Shown: positions 47,201 to 59,699 of the stretch, in pieces
Layout: every line of letters begins with the position of its first letter
How positions within the stretch are numbered: position 1 is the stretch's first letter
Source of the DNA: Podarcis cretensis
Taxonomy: Eukaryota
Direction of reading: 5' to 3'
DNA length: 64,000 nt
NCBI GenBank assembly: GCA_951804945.1
Contig: OX638161.1
Coordinates: forward strand, 45,508,001 to 45,572,000
Notes under the pieces: generated by a model
What the model was told of the DNA's origin: nothing
Databases searched by the model: none
What the model saw: the letters and a program-made list of their open reading frames with translations, nothing else
Position numbers and translations under genes: made by a program

Positions 47201-50200
47201 CTGGGGAGGGGAAGAAATTTAATTCAATGAAAATTGTTCTCAAGCTTTTTCAAGAGTCCACCTAACATAGATTCACCATGAGTTACAAAACCTTCTGAAC
47301 AATTGGCTCCCAAAAAAGGAATGCCAGCAATCAAACAAATGTGTGTGTGTGTATTTGTGTACTCACTCTTGACCCCCCCTTCTCCCCGTCTTAGAATAAT
47401 AACTGCTGTGCAGTAAAAAGAGAGATTCAGTGCAAATGATATCCAATATCGGGGAAGGTAGATAATTTTGCAACATGGGCAAAAATAATAAATATTAATT
47501 ATTATTAATGAAAGGTCCTCTAGGTTTTCTTCTCCCGTATGCACCACCTAGAAGAGAAGTTGAACGTGCTGGAATGTGTGACAAAGACAGAGATAAGGAT
47601 AGATCCTGGGGGTGGACCAAAGGAGATTAACAAAAAGGAAAGTGCTATTGGGCGAATGGTTTATGGGAACATTCATAACCAATGTGTTGAACAGTGAAAG
47701 ATGTAGAAAGGAAGGGACAGAATGAGGAATTGGAGACTTATTTAGGATGTGCTTTTCTGGAAGTCTGAGCAGTGGTGAGCCAGAAACTATATTGTTTGAA
47801 AGGACTGTGAGTACAATGTCTAGGTCTCTATATTTCTAACAAGGTAAAGGTAAAGGACCCCTGACAGTGAAGTCCAGTCGCAGACGTCTCTGGGGCTATA
47901 GTGCTCATCTCGCTTTACAGGCTGAGGGAGCCAGCGTTTGTTCACAGACAGTTTTTCCTGGGTCATGAGTAAGCTGCTTCTGGCAAAACCAGAGAAGTGC
48001 ACAGAAACGGCGTTTACCTTCCCGCCAGAGAGGTACCTATTTATCTACTTGCACTTTGGAATGCTTTCAAACTGCTAGGTTAGCAGGAGCTAGGACTGAG
48101 CAATGGGAGCTCACCCCATTGCAGGGATTCGAACCGCCGACCTTCTGATTGGCAAGCCCAAGAGGCTCAGTGGTTTAGAACACAGCATAACCCACAGCCT
48201 TTTCTATATTTCTAAGGAGACACAAATACACTAGGTAAATGTGAGTACAATGTATTATTGCTTGGGGGCTCTCAATACTTCATTGAAGAATCTCATAACA
48301 GGTCTGCTTTAAAAGTATTTTTTTCACACTGACTAAAAATAATGAATAATATTAATGGAATGTTCTTCCACATTTTTCAGACCATGGATCATGCCATTAT
48401 TACATCAGTGTTACTCAGAAATATTTTTTTACCTGTGTTTCTATTATATTAAAAGTTCAAATAATATTAACAAGACCTTTCCATAAAGCTTATCTATATA
48501 AACAATAAGAACCATATATTATGCCATGATTTGAAGGGGGGGCACCCGAAGTTAATAACAGCTAACTTGCAAAACAGTAAATCCTACCAATCTCATCAGA
48601 AAACATCCCATCTGGACACGGAGCACAATCATAACAGCAAAATTTCTCCCCCTCCTTTTTAAACTTCCGGTAACCAGGATGGCAGTGGTCATTACATACT
48701 GAAGGGGGTGGCACCTATCCAAAGGGAAAGGTTATTATTAAGAAAATGCCTGGGAAATTGATCTTAAATCAGTATGAATCACCAGTAAATAGGAGTGTAA
48801 ATGATATGGAATAGCATATCCATATGAGCACAGGTGCAAGTTTCACTGGATGAAATACTGATTGTGTCAGGCATCTTAAACACTAAAGTTAGAATTTCTG
48901 TACTGAGCTCAGCAAGCACTCAAACATGTTATCTGATGTAATGCCATTAACTAGTTTAGAGACCCTATGACCCTCCATATTTTGTTGAATTAGCATTCCT
49001 ATCAAGCAAAGTTTCCCAGCTGAAGAGCCAAAGGTATGCATTAGGTGAAAAAGAATTACATCTAACCTGAACTTAGCTGGCTTAGCATAGTTAGGATGGT
49101 TCTCTTATATAGGACACAAAATCAAAAAAGGGAATTAATTTAATGGAAGAACTAAATGAAAAGATAACAATCTATTTGAATATTCATTGGTAGCTCGCCT
49201 ATAAAGTATCTTGGTATTTATTTATTAAACACTCAGAGAAAAGGATTTTCAAGCTAATCATTCCAAATTTGAAGAGCCTGTAAAAGAAGGTCCTTTGAAA
49301 AGACCTTAAAACATCTATTGACTGCATAGTATAGTTACATTAAAAATGAAACCCTACGCCAAAGATAAATGGACATAAATCTGACATCAGAAATCACAAG
49401 ACAGAGAAGCCAGTAGGAGAACACTTCAATCTCCCAGGACATTCAATACAAGATCTCAAAGTAGCTGTCTTATTACAAAAGAATTTCAGAAATAGACTTG
49501 AAAGAGAAGTTGCTGAATTGCAAATTATTACCAAACTTAAAGGGACGCAGGTGGCGCTGTGGGTTAAAGCCTCAGCGCCTAGGACTTGCCGATCGAAAGG
49601 TCGGCGGTTCGAATCGCTGCGGCGGGGTGCGCTCCCGCTGCTCGGTCCCAGCGCCTGCCAACCTAGCAGTTCGAAAGCACCTCCGGGTGCAAGTAGATAA
49701 ATAGGGACCGCTTACCAGCGGGAAGGTAAACGGCGTTTCCGTGTGCGGCTCTGGCTCGCCAGAGCAGCGATGTCACGCTGGCCACGTGACCCGGAAGTGT
49801 CTCCGGACAGCGCTGGCCCCTGGCCTCTTAAGTGAGATGGGCGCACAACCCCAGAGTCTGTCAAGACTGGCCCATACGGGCAGGGGTACCTTTACCTTTA
49901 CCTTTACTACCAAACTTAAAACCATGGAGAGACCTGGTCTGAATAGAGATATTGGATTCTTGTCTCATTACATATGCTAAAGCTATTATTGGTCATCTAC
50001 AGTACATACTATCCCATGCTTTTTCCTGTCACTAACAGTCGTCAGCAGGTTTACCATACCCATTGAGTAAATCACCCATCTCCTACTACCCACCCTCCTA
50101 CTATGTATAAGGGCCTGGTGACTTCTGTTTCAGTGTATCTGAAAAAGTGTACATGCACATGAAACTTATACCCAGAACTAACTTAGTTGGTCTCTAAGGT

Positions 50201-53200
50201 ACTACTTACTGGACTTTATTTATTTATTCATTTATTTATTTCGTCTGCATCAGACCAACATGGCTACCTACCTGAATTAAAAATGAACGTAACAGAAGAT
50301 ATTTTTATTTCTGTTTTAAAATTTAATTGTATCAATCACATATATTATTTTGAAGAAATAATAAACTGTGGGCAGGCTATCTGTGGAATGGGGAAACAGC
50401 TAGGATATTAATTATGACATTTCAAAAACCACAGAGTAGAAGTGGAAATCAATATCCTAAATAAATATTATATCATGATGTGATGGAGGTAAAGATGCTG
50501 GAGGGATAGATAAATATGAAGCATTAATCAATTAAGAATAATAATTGAGATAGTTCCAAAAGTTAGGACTGCACCCTAGATCACCCTGATTCACCTCATA
50601 ATTTCATATATGTACAAAGCCGATACACACATTTATTATGTATTATTATTAGTGTTGTGATGAGGATTTGGTTTCAAATAAATCCAATAACCAGAGGGTT
50701 AAAACCTATATTCTAAAAACAGCAGAAACATGAATAAAAATGTTTCAATTAGATCTTCTGGAGCAGAAGAATATTCAAATCCTTTATTATGCCTGGCAAT
50801 GAAAGGGCATAATAGATGTCTGGGTTAAAATATGGCTTAAGCTTCCTATAAATACCATCGTGGCCATAGTCCAGGAGGCGTTGCTGAAGGTAGCGTTTTT
50901 CTAGCACTGGACTCCAGCTGAGCTTTTGTGCATCACCTTTTCAACGCCATCCCTTTGATGGTGGAGCTACAACCTTCTACATTTATGGGGAAACCTTTAT
51001 ACATTTATAGCGGGCATGTCACAAGCTTACTGGGGTTTGGCAAAGTATATTTGATGTTATTCCTGATATTACTGGTTAGCCGTCTTATTGTTTGATCATG
51101 AATGTCGCTACTTGAGAGGTAGTATGGCTCTTTCCCTACCTGAGTCAAGTTCCAGTGCCATTTGATTCTGTCCTCATTAATGGAAAACTCTTTGCCCGGA
51201 GGAGCCTGAGGATCCAGCTTCCCCACTTTGACCCTGATGTAGGATCCATTTGGGAAGGTCACCAAGTTTCTAATATCAAATCCACCTACTAATTCTCCAT
51301 GTTTGTTAAATGCAATTTCATCTCCGGCACTGTTGTTGAATGACATCATCTGAAGGGATGAGTGGAGCTAGAGAGAGAGAGAGAGAGAGTGTTTTAAAGT
51401 CAAAAATGCATTGTAATATTATCATTAAAATATGAGATCACAACAGCTTTGGGTAGCAGATATGGGAAGAGTGGCAAAAAAAATCAAACCAGTGGAAATT
51501 CAGGATTTGAATGTGCTGCCAAATATATTTAGGGAGGAAAACTAAGACTATTACCACTATTGGAGGCAAGTCTTCCTCTAGAGAACATGATTCTTGTTGA
51601 AATGAGGAGGGGAAAGGAACACAAGCTAGGGTAAGATAAATGCAAGTCAGCAATAAGATAAGCTAAAAAACATTTCATTGTGCCCATTGCTAAAATCATA
51701 AAGAGCAGCAGTAAAACATTATTTAAATAGTTGTGTAGCAAGAATTTGGCTAAGGAGGTGCTTGGATTCTCTCCTCTGAAGGAAATAGTGGAGCTAGAAA
51801 GAGAAAGAGAGAGATTAAAAGTCTATAAAGAATTTTAATATTGCCATTGCTTGAAGCAAGAAGGCTTTCTGTAGAGGAGTGAATTCCTTTTGAAATGAGC
51901 AGGGGGAAAGGAACAAAAGTTTGGTAAACTAAATGCAAGCAAGCGATAAGTGCACTGTGCACATCGCTAAAAACATAATGAGCAGCAACAACACATTATT
52001 AATATAGTTGAGTAGCAAGAATCTCGCTAAGGAGGTGCTAGGACTCTTGGATGACAAATGAGTCAAACGTGTGTTAAAAGAAGATAAGGAGTTTTCAGGG
52101 AAACTGAATGATTCCCCCCCCCCCCATCAATCTTCAAAGTTGAAGACATGGGGCAAATCCCTGTGCCTGAGCTGCCCTCCGCAGGAAGTACATTTGAAGA
52201 ACTGAGGGGAATAGTGTTGACCTGAAATAAGTCCAAGGCCTTATTGACAAAATAAAAATTGACAAATTGCCTGTCCTGGATGGCATCTACCTGAGTTATT
52301 TAAGAGCTCAACTATGTATTTGCTGAACTGCTAATTAAAATATGTAACTTCTCCCTAAGATCAGGCTCCATGCTTGAGGATAGGCCAATGTAACACCAAC
52401 TTTTTGAAAAAGGGATCCAGGGAAACCCTGGAGATTACAGGCTGATTCGCTTAATCAGAATCTGCATAGTTTCTGAAAGAGTAAGCCCTGCTTTACTCAT
52501 CTGCTACAATTCTTTGTAAGTGTTACCAGGCATATAGATACGATCCAGTTATTATTTATTGAATTATAGGTCACTTGGGTTTTACAAAAAGCAGCTTACA
52601 ATATAGTACAAAAACTAAAAGCAGTGCAAAGCTGAAATGGAGCACATCCAAAACTCTCCAAATTATGGGTACAAAACCTAACTGGGAAGAAACATTTTTT
52701 CTGGTGCCCAAAGGGAGCCAGTAATGTCAGGTGTGCCTCCATGTGAAGAGCATTTCATAGGCTGGGGGTCACCATTCAAAGGTTCCATTCTCTGTACCTG
52801 AAGTAGCGCTTCATCTGAGTCACCCACAGACAATGGCAGAGCCTCCTAGGTCTCTCCTGGGAACTTTCCTTTCTTCTGCCATTCTCCCAAACTGGGGATG
52901 CTTCAATTCCCGGACTCTCTTTGAGGGTCCTTCCATTATCTATCTGCTGCTTTCAAGTGGGTGCAGTCCTTGGCTCCCAATGGCATCCCAGAAGGGGAGA
53001 CACCAGAGCAATAACTGCATGTAAACTGGATACTTTACAAAAGGGAGTATTACCTTCCATGTTTCCACATTCCAAGGATATGGTCGGCTCCCGGCCTCAG
53101 TTATTCTGTAGTTGGCTCTGGATGAGTATGTGATATGTAAGGCATGTGCCAGAGAATGGACAGCATTATAGATAGCGTAGCTGTGGCCAGTCATACTCAT

Positions 53201-56200
53201 TGCAAAATAAGGTGCAGGAAGGCTCTCCAGCATCTCTTCTCCAGTACATATCTTTTTGATGTATATTGGCTCAGTATCATTTGGAAATTTACAGCTGAAT
53301 GCTTGTTTCCAAAATTCCTTGATAAAACCATCTTTCTTTTTCCAAGAAGGATGTACATTCTGAAGAAGCTCTTTAAAGCCTCTCAGATGACTTGAGTGAA
53401 TTGCAAAGGTTAGAGCACCATGAAGCCCTTCCATATCCATATTAAATATCTTTAGCATGGCACATGATGTGAATTCAATTTGGGCTGTTGTAATCCACAC
53501 TTTTGCTGCAGATACCTTCTCCGGATATTCAGGATATGTTTCTTGAAACATTATAGTTCCTGCTATAGCATATGGCAACCATGAAATAGAAGAGGTTTCT
53601 CCATATATAATAATCACATCAGCTTTGCTTACCGCAAAAGCTGGCAACAATGCCTGTGTTTCTACGACTACTTTTCCTGGATCAAGGAAATTATGCAAAT
53701 TTTTACGAATTCGACGTATGAATGCTGAACAGATTTTATTCTGCAGAAGCATTGGCTCTATGGTCTGCAAAAAATGTTCTCCGGCTTCATCATCTACAGC
53801 CATCAGACCTACCCATTTCCATCTGAAATACACAAGTAACTCAACAATCCCTTGAAACTGAAGGGCTTCATTGGGGACCATGCGATAAAAAGAAGGGAAC
53901 TTCAACTGATCATTCAATTCTGGTTGAAATGAACCATATGAAATCTAAAATGAACAAACAAACAAAAGTGCACCATTTCAATGTTGGAGGAGGAGTTCAG
54001 TATATTATTTAAAAACTTGGCACATATCCATCTTTCCAAGCTGAAATTCCCCCTTCAAAAAAAGCATGTAGGAATAGGAGCATGAAACAGAAAGACAGAA
54101 TGACTACCATTTCCCACATTCAATGCAAAACTCGACACTCTTACCCATTGATACAGATTGTAACAGCTGACCATAAAACTCATTGCATTTTGATATGTAG
54201 CATACACAAGTGCTGGATGCAAGTAACACAGCCTTCTTGGACTGAAGTCTCCAATTCCCACACTGCTGGTGAAATCACGTTTATGTGGGTTCTGGCCTGT
54301 GAGATCAGCAGGCAAAACGTCTCTGTCAGGTTCCATGAAAGAGCATCAGCAATGCTATCTTTCATAAATAAAATATGCTATACAAGGAAGAGGATGATCA
54401 ACAAAGGAATGCCCCAGCTGCATGAACCAGGGGTTTCTGTGAGTGAGAGAATTAATAACAATAGGCTGACAGTAACACCAAAAAATGGGGGACGCGGGTA
54501 GCGCTGTGGGCAAAAACCTCAGCGCCTAGAACTTGCCGATTGTATGGTCGGCGGTTCGAATCCCCGCGACGGGGTGAGCTCCCGTCGTTCGGTCCCAGCT
54601 CCTGCCAACCTAGCAGTTCGAATGCACCCTTAAGTGCAAGTAGATAAATAGGTACCGCTTTATAGCGGGAAGGTAAACAGCGTTTCCGTGTGCTGCGCTG
54701 GTGCTGGCTCGCCAGAGCAGCTTCGTTACACTGGCCACGTGACCCGGAAGTGTCCTCGGACATGACTGGCTCCCGGCCTCTTAAGCGAGATGGGCGCGCA
54801 ACCCCAGAGTCGCTCATGACTGGCCCGTACGGGCAGGGGTACCTTTACCTTTTTTTAACACCAAAAACATGCAGTAAAATTCATAAGTGTGTCAGTCAAG
54901 CATCAAATTGAATCAATGGAGAAAAAACCTCAAGGAAGCTTACATCCCTGGTAGGTCTCTTAAGAACTGAAGCATGAATCTACTCCCCAACAATAAATTA
55001 TTACCAAATATAACACCAAAGAAATGCAGTATGGCTTTCATCTGACTTTGCCTAAAGTTTTGTTTTTAAAATGCATTCTCTCCAAAAAGAAACAACCAAT
55101 ATTCTGCAGGAAAGAGAACCAGACTGCGAAATCATCATGCATGTTACTGGAAAGCCCTGACAGCCAACGCTTACATATATACCTCACAAAGGCACAGCCA
55201 GGAGCTGTCANNNNNNNNNNNNNNNNNNNNNNNNNNNNNNNNNNNNNNNNNNNNNNNNNNNNNNNNNNNNNNNNNNNNNNNNNNNNNNNNNNNNNNNNNN
55301 NNNNNNNNNNNNNNNNNNNNNNNNNNNNNNNNNNNNNNNNNNNNNNNNNNNNNACAGTGGTACCTCGCAAGACGAAATTAATTCGTTCTGCGAGTTTTTT
55401 CGTCTTGCGGTTTTTTTCGTCTTGCGAAGCACAGATTTTGGAAAAGCTTCAAAAATCACCAAAGTCTTCAAAAACCTCAAAAAAGGCTACCACACCGCGT
55501 GCTATGAGTTGCTCCTCGAAGTCAAGTCGCAACTGCACCCCCTGAATGCACGGTTTCAAGAAAAAGGAAACAAACTTGCAAGACAAAGGAAACAAACTTG
55601 CGAGACATTTTCGTCTTGCGAAGCAAGCCCATAGGGAAATCCGTCTTGCGAAGCAACTCAAAAAACGAAAAACTCTTTCGTCTTGCGAGTTTTTCATCTT
55701 ACTAGGTATTCGTCTTGCGAGGTACCACTGTATAGGCCACCCTGGGATGACAGGATAATAACAAGAAAAAATACAGACTTCACTTTTTGTGTCACCAAAT
55801 TCCTACATGAAAATTGGAAATTCCTATTGTTTGGAAAATCAAATTCTACCTGTGGAATCTTGTAAAGACCTAAGATATCTGCCATTGTTGAGGAGGTCTC
55901 AGCGCTCAGTCCCCCGATGACTCCTATTACATTTTCCTGGATACCACATTTGTAGTTGGGCACAAAGTTATGTGAGTTAAAGATCAGATCCTGAGTGTTG
56001 CGGTAGGTCATCTTTGGGTCCCAGTAGCTCTCATGGATGTGGAACCCCAGAGTGACATTGAGCAAGATATTGGGATTCTCATTGATCTCTTCAACAGCGA
56101 ACACCAAGGCTAGGATATGCTGGTAGAACTTTGTCACCACTCTGCAAATGAAGGGACTTGCAATTTCATTGGAAAATTAAAGTAAATTATTTTAACACTG

Positions 56201-56987
56201 TTTTCAACTAGATCTAAGAGCTGAAAGTGCCCAGCTATAAAGAGTGGGCACAGCCAGGAAAGTTAGTCATTAGCTAAATCCCATTGGCAAGAAAAAAAGC
56301 TATGTTATGGTTATTAGACTTGTGCATGATATAATTCTGTTTTTGGAGTTCCATTCAACCAGATCAGAGTTATTGTAACTCAGAATATATAGACAGTAGA
56401 ACAATCTACATAGAGGATATGAAATATTTCCTTGAATTTCACTGTACTATATGTAATATTACATGCATTCTTTTTTAACTCTAGACAATTTCAGCAATGG
56501 GCACCAGCTGGGTCACAGAAGTACGATACTGTGTTTGGAATCACTGGTAATTTCTGAAATCTCCTAAAAATGCATCAATTTCATACTTGTCTGTGTACCT
56601 TCAGACCTTCCTTTTAAAAATTTGAAACCCAGTTTTGAGTGGAAATAGAACGGAATGCAGGGGACTGCCTTCTACTAAGTCCATCTAGCTCAGCATTTCT
56701 TATATCATTTACTTTCATGTTGTAGCATGCAAGTCTTTGTCAGCCCTACCAGTGAATGCCAATAATTTAAACTGCAACCCTTTACATGAAAAGCATGTCC
56801 TGGAAGACTTCCTTATAGCTGTTCCCTGTATGCAGACACAGACAGAACAATTATGTCTAATGGTTTGTAGTACTGATTTCTTTAGTAAGTTGTTTTATAG
56901 CATAAATCATTCAAAAAACCAAACAAACCCTGCTTCTTTGAAGGATGCTTTAATTAATTCATATCTATGATCCAGTATTTCCATTTG

Positions 56988-57028
<41 letters not shown>

Positions 57029-58064
57029 ATTACTACTACTATAATTAAAATTTACATTCTTCATGTAGTGTTGGAGATGTCAAATAAAGATACGGTGTGA
57101 AATGAAATCAATGTGGGTTTTCCAACACAGTGAGATTGGAGTTCCGCTCATGGACTGTCACTTCAAAAATTGTCCCGAATGGTTCTCCAACCTTCTAGAA
57201 AAGATTTTGAGAGTAATTCAAATGAGAGAAGGAGAAAGCTGCATTGCACAAGTGGGAATGTGCATTGATTTCCACCCTATGCATTTATCTTTACATATCT
57301 TGGTATGTCTAGCTTAGAAAGCCATTCAGGAATCAAAACATGAAATTTATTCCTATTGGAACATTTATAATCTTGGATTTATCTGACCCCATGTCCCCTC
57401 ACATGGTTTCCTCCTGAAAAGACTGCAGTCAACCAGCAAAAGAGAGACAAAGAGAGAAGTGATTTGTCTGATCTCTCCTGCTCTGTTATTCATCTGATCT
57501 TGCTCCCTCCCTCCCTGCATGGTTTTCTGCCTGAAAACGGCTGCCGTCAACCAGCAAAGAACAAACAAGCAAGGAAGTAAGAAAGGGGGCAAGTGCTGGC
57601 TGTTTAGATATCTGAATCTGCAGAGTGTATAGAGAAGTTTGGACATAATTCTTTACATTCAAATAAGTGAATTTACACAGAGCACAGGCAGATAATGGGG
57701 ACCGTGTGTAGTCTTTTTCAAATAAATGATGGGAACATGAATTCAAAGAGGCAGTCAACTATAGAAACATAAAACACCACACACACACACACACACACAC
57801 TGCAGTTTTATAGAAGGAAACAATTCCTTACAGAGATTCTTCAAGCAGTACTGGGGAAGGTTGCTTTTTGAATGACAAATCAGGGATAACATAATGTATA
57901 AGAGTTGTCATCCCACCAATGAGAAGATCGCCTGGCTCATACCACTCATGTAGAACGCTTACAGGTTTCTTTCTGCTGCAGCTAATACTATGCACTTTGC
58001 ACACCATGTTTGGAAGCAGAAGGAGAAAAATCACCATCCTAATAGTAACCTTCCGTCCACACAT
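46299..58064 (-). CDS. V2R gene 5: complete vomeronasal type-2 receptor, about 881-890 aa, 6 exons
   Basis: Exons 58064 (or 58037)-57832, 56141-55850, 53944-53054, 51367-51140, 48714-48588, 47200-46299; GT-AG, in frame; assembly gap in intron 2. Confidence 0.9.
47841..48200 (-). mobile_element. Sauria SINE
   Basis: (ACCTTT)n tail, Sauria core, 13-bp TSD tctatatttctaa. Confidence 0.92.
48588..48714 (-). CDS. V2R gene 5 exon 5
   Basis: [15 protein letters not shown]...[11 protein letters not shown]; 127 nt; absent from the ORF track. Confidence 0.9.
49345..50278 (+). mobile_element. Penelope-like retroelement 3' fragment (GIY-YIG C-terminus plus pseudo-LTR), interrupted by a Sauria SINE
   Basis: [35 protein letters not shown]...[15 protein letters not shown]; tail ttagttggtctctaaggt. 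Confidence 0.85.
49542..49907 (+). mobile_element. Sauria SINE
   Basis: Full head and tail; 13-bp TSD taccaaacttaaa; nearly identical to the copy at 25451-25813. Confidence 0.95.
51140..51367 (-). CDS. V2R gene 5 exon 4
   Basis: [22 protein letters not shown]; 228 nt. Confidence 0.92.
51548..52048. repeat. Diverged tandem duplication (about 210-220 bp units) in gene 5 intron 3
   Basis: Shared ttgaaatgag..ggggaaaggaaca, taaatgcaag, tagcaagaat..gctaaggaggtgct in 51548-51770 and 51838-52048. Confidence 0.8.
53054..53944 (-). CDS. V2R gene 5 exon 3
   Basis: [32 protein letters not shown]; 891 nt. Confidence 0.92.
54488..54855 (+). mobile_element. Sauria SINE
   Basis: Head gggacgcgggtagcgctgtggg, tail acctttacc, TSD taacaccaaaaa. 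Confidence 0.93.
55211..55353. other. Assembly gap (143 N)
   Basis: Run of N. Confidence 1.
55355..55730. mobile_element. pogo/Tigger-type MITE (family A, longer variant)
   Basis: TIR cagtggtacctcgcaagacgaa / ttcgtcttgcgaggtaccactg. Confidence 0.88.
55850..56141 (-). CDS. V2R gene 5 exon 2
   Basis: [22 protein letters not shown]...GLYKIPQ; 292 nt. Confidence 0.92.
56988..57028. repeat. (GAT)n microsatellite
   Basis: Direct read. Confidence 0.9.
57777..57800. repeat. (AC)n microsatellite
   Basis: Direct read. Confidence 0.9.
57832..58064 (-). CDS. V2R gene 5 exon 1
   Basis: [27 protein letters not shown]; donor GTAAGG; start ATG at 58064 or 58037. Confidence 0.85.
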
Positions 58065-59699
58065 GAAATCTCCCACGTCTCTCAGTTTACCATATCATTA
58101 GAACTATTGACCTCATTTGAGCAAGATGACTTTATTAGCAGCTGACTCTGCCAACACACTACTCAAAGGGACTCCTATCCACCTTAACTTTAACCTCAAT
58201 AACACCACAAAAGCATATCTTGAATGCCAATTAAACTACATCAATTTGAAATGTGAGCTCTACAAAGTAAGAGAGAAACTGGTCAAAATGACACAGCCCT
58301 AACTCTCTCTATTCCCTAATCTTAGCTGTCTATGGAACACTGGAGAACTTATAATCATTTCAGACGTTCCAATTGAATGTTTTCCCCTTCTGTCTTCTGT
58401 GAAGCCACTGGAGCTTTGGTCAATTGAATTGATTATACTAATTTAGATAATTGCAGGGGAAATAATAACTTCTGCAACGTTCTTGCCTGTTGAAAATATG
58501 GTTTCTTTGAATGAAACATATTTGTTGCATCACATAGTTGGAAGGGAACTTCAAGGTTCCCCCTGGGGATGAGGGTTATTGTTTTGTCACAACTTGCCTG
58601 TTGCAGTGTGGGGCAGGTCGACAATTTTTTTGAAAGCAATAAATGAACAATTAAATGAAGTTTGGGAAGCTTAACACAGGTCCCACCAAATGTGACAAAG
58701 GTTTCAAACAAAATTCTCTTCTTTTAGAATAGACAATTTCAAATAGCATTATTAGTGTTATTACTACTATTTTAATTTATTACTAAAAGTAAGATTTGAA
58801 GGGATTTGAAGAATGCTTCAGAATCTATTATAGACAGTAAACTGTCATCTGTGACCACTGCAGTCTGCACCTTGTAATGGAGCTGCAATCTGATGTCTTT
58901 ATTCTCTGGCTCTCCCTCTGCTAACAGCCTTTAACCACTGTAACATACTTAGTAGCCCAGCCAATTCCCTGCACTGAGTAAGGCCGTGAGGTTTTTGGGA
59001 AGGGGTAAATAACAAACCAATAGAAAGAAACAGCAGGAAACACATTCAATTGAACACAGTTGATATGTGTTCCCAATTTATTTACTAGTTTATTGACTTT
59101 CATCACAAAACAATCAAAGGGCAGGTCACAACAGGGCACTACTATCCGTGAAACCAATCAATATAATTAAGCAGAATTTTTTAAAAAATCATAGCATATT
59201 GAGGAAACATCAAACACTTATCTATCCACATTGTGTGAATAGGAACATATTCTAACTTAATGTTGGTGTTGGCCAGATCTTGAGCCACTGGTTAGTAACA
59301 AAGACCCTTCAACTAGTCTCATGGTTACAGCATTGCAGCTTTTAGTCTTCCTGGAGTTTATTCTATTTATACCAGAGCTCTAACATCAACTGTAATTTTC
59401 TGAAAAAACTCTGCCACAGTAATATACATGTTTTCTATTCCTGTTTTCAACTTATTGGCCAATCAAGGAACAAAGAGTTCATATATCTTACTTGCACTGA
59501 ATTGCATATCCTGTTAACATTTTAGCCTCTTGGTGAGACTTGCATCTATTTTCATGGGTTTTCTTTCTTTCTTTTTAAAATCACTATGCAAAACCACAGA
59601 ACAAAAACTGTTGTAATTAGTCCCTGCTTATTTACACATATCTGATGATTATGTGTAGAACACCAAGAAAAAAATTGGAAGCATAAACCCTTCTATTAT

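Noticed and set aside
58560-58569. EBF/Olf-1-like site upstream of gene 5
   Set aside because: Similar 10-mers occur in introns and repeats elsewhere in the window and are not positionally shared upstream of the other genes
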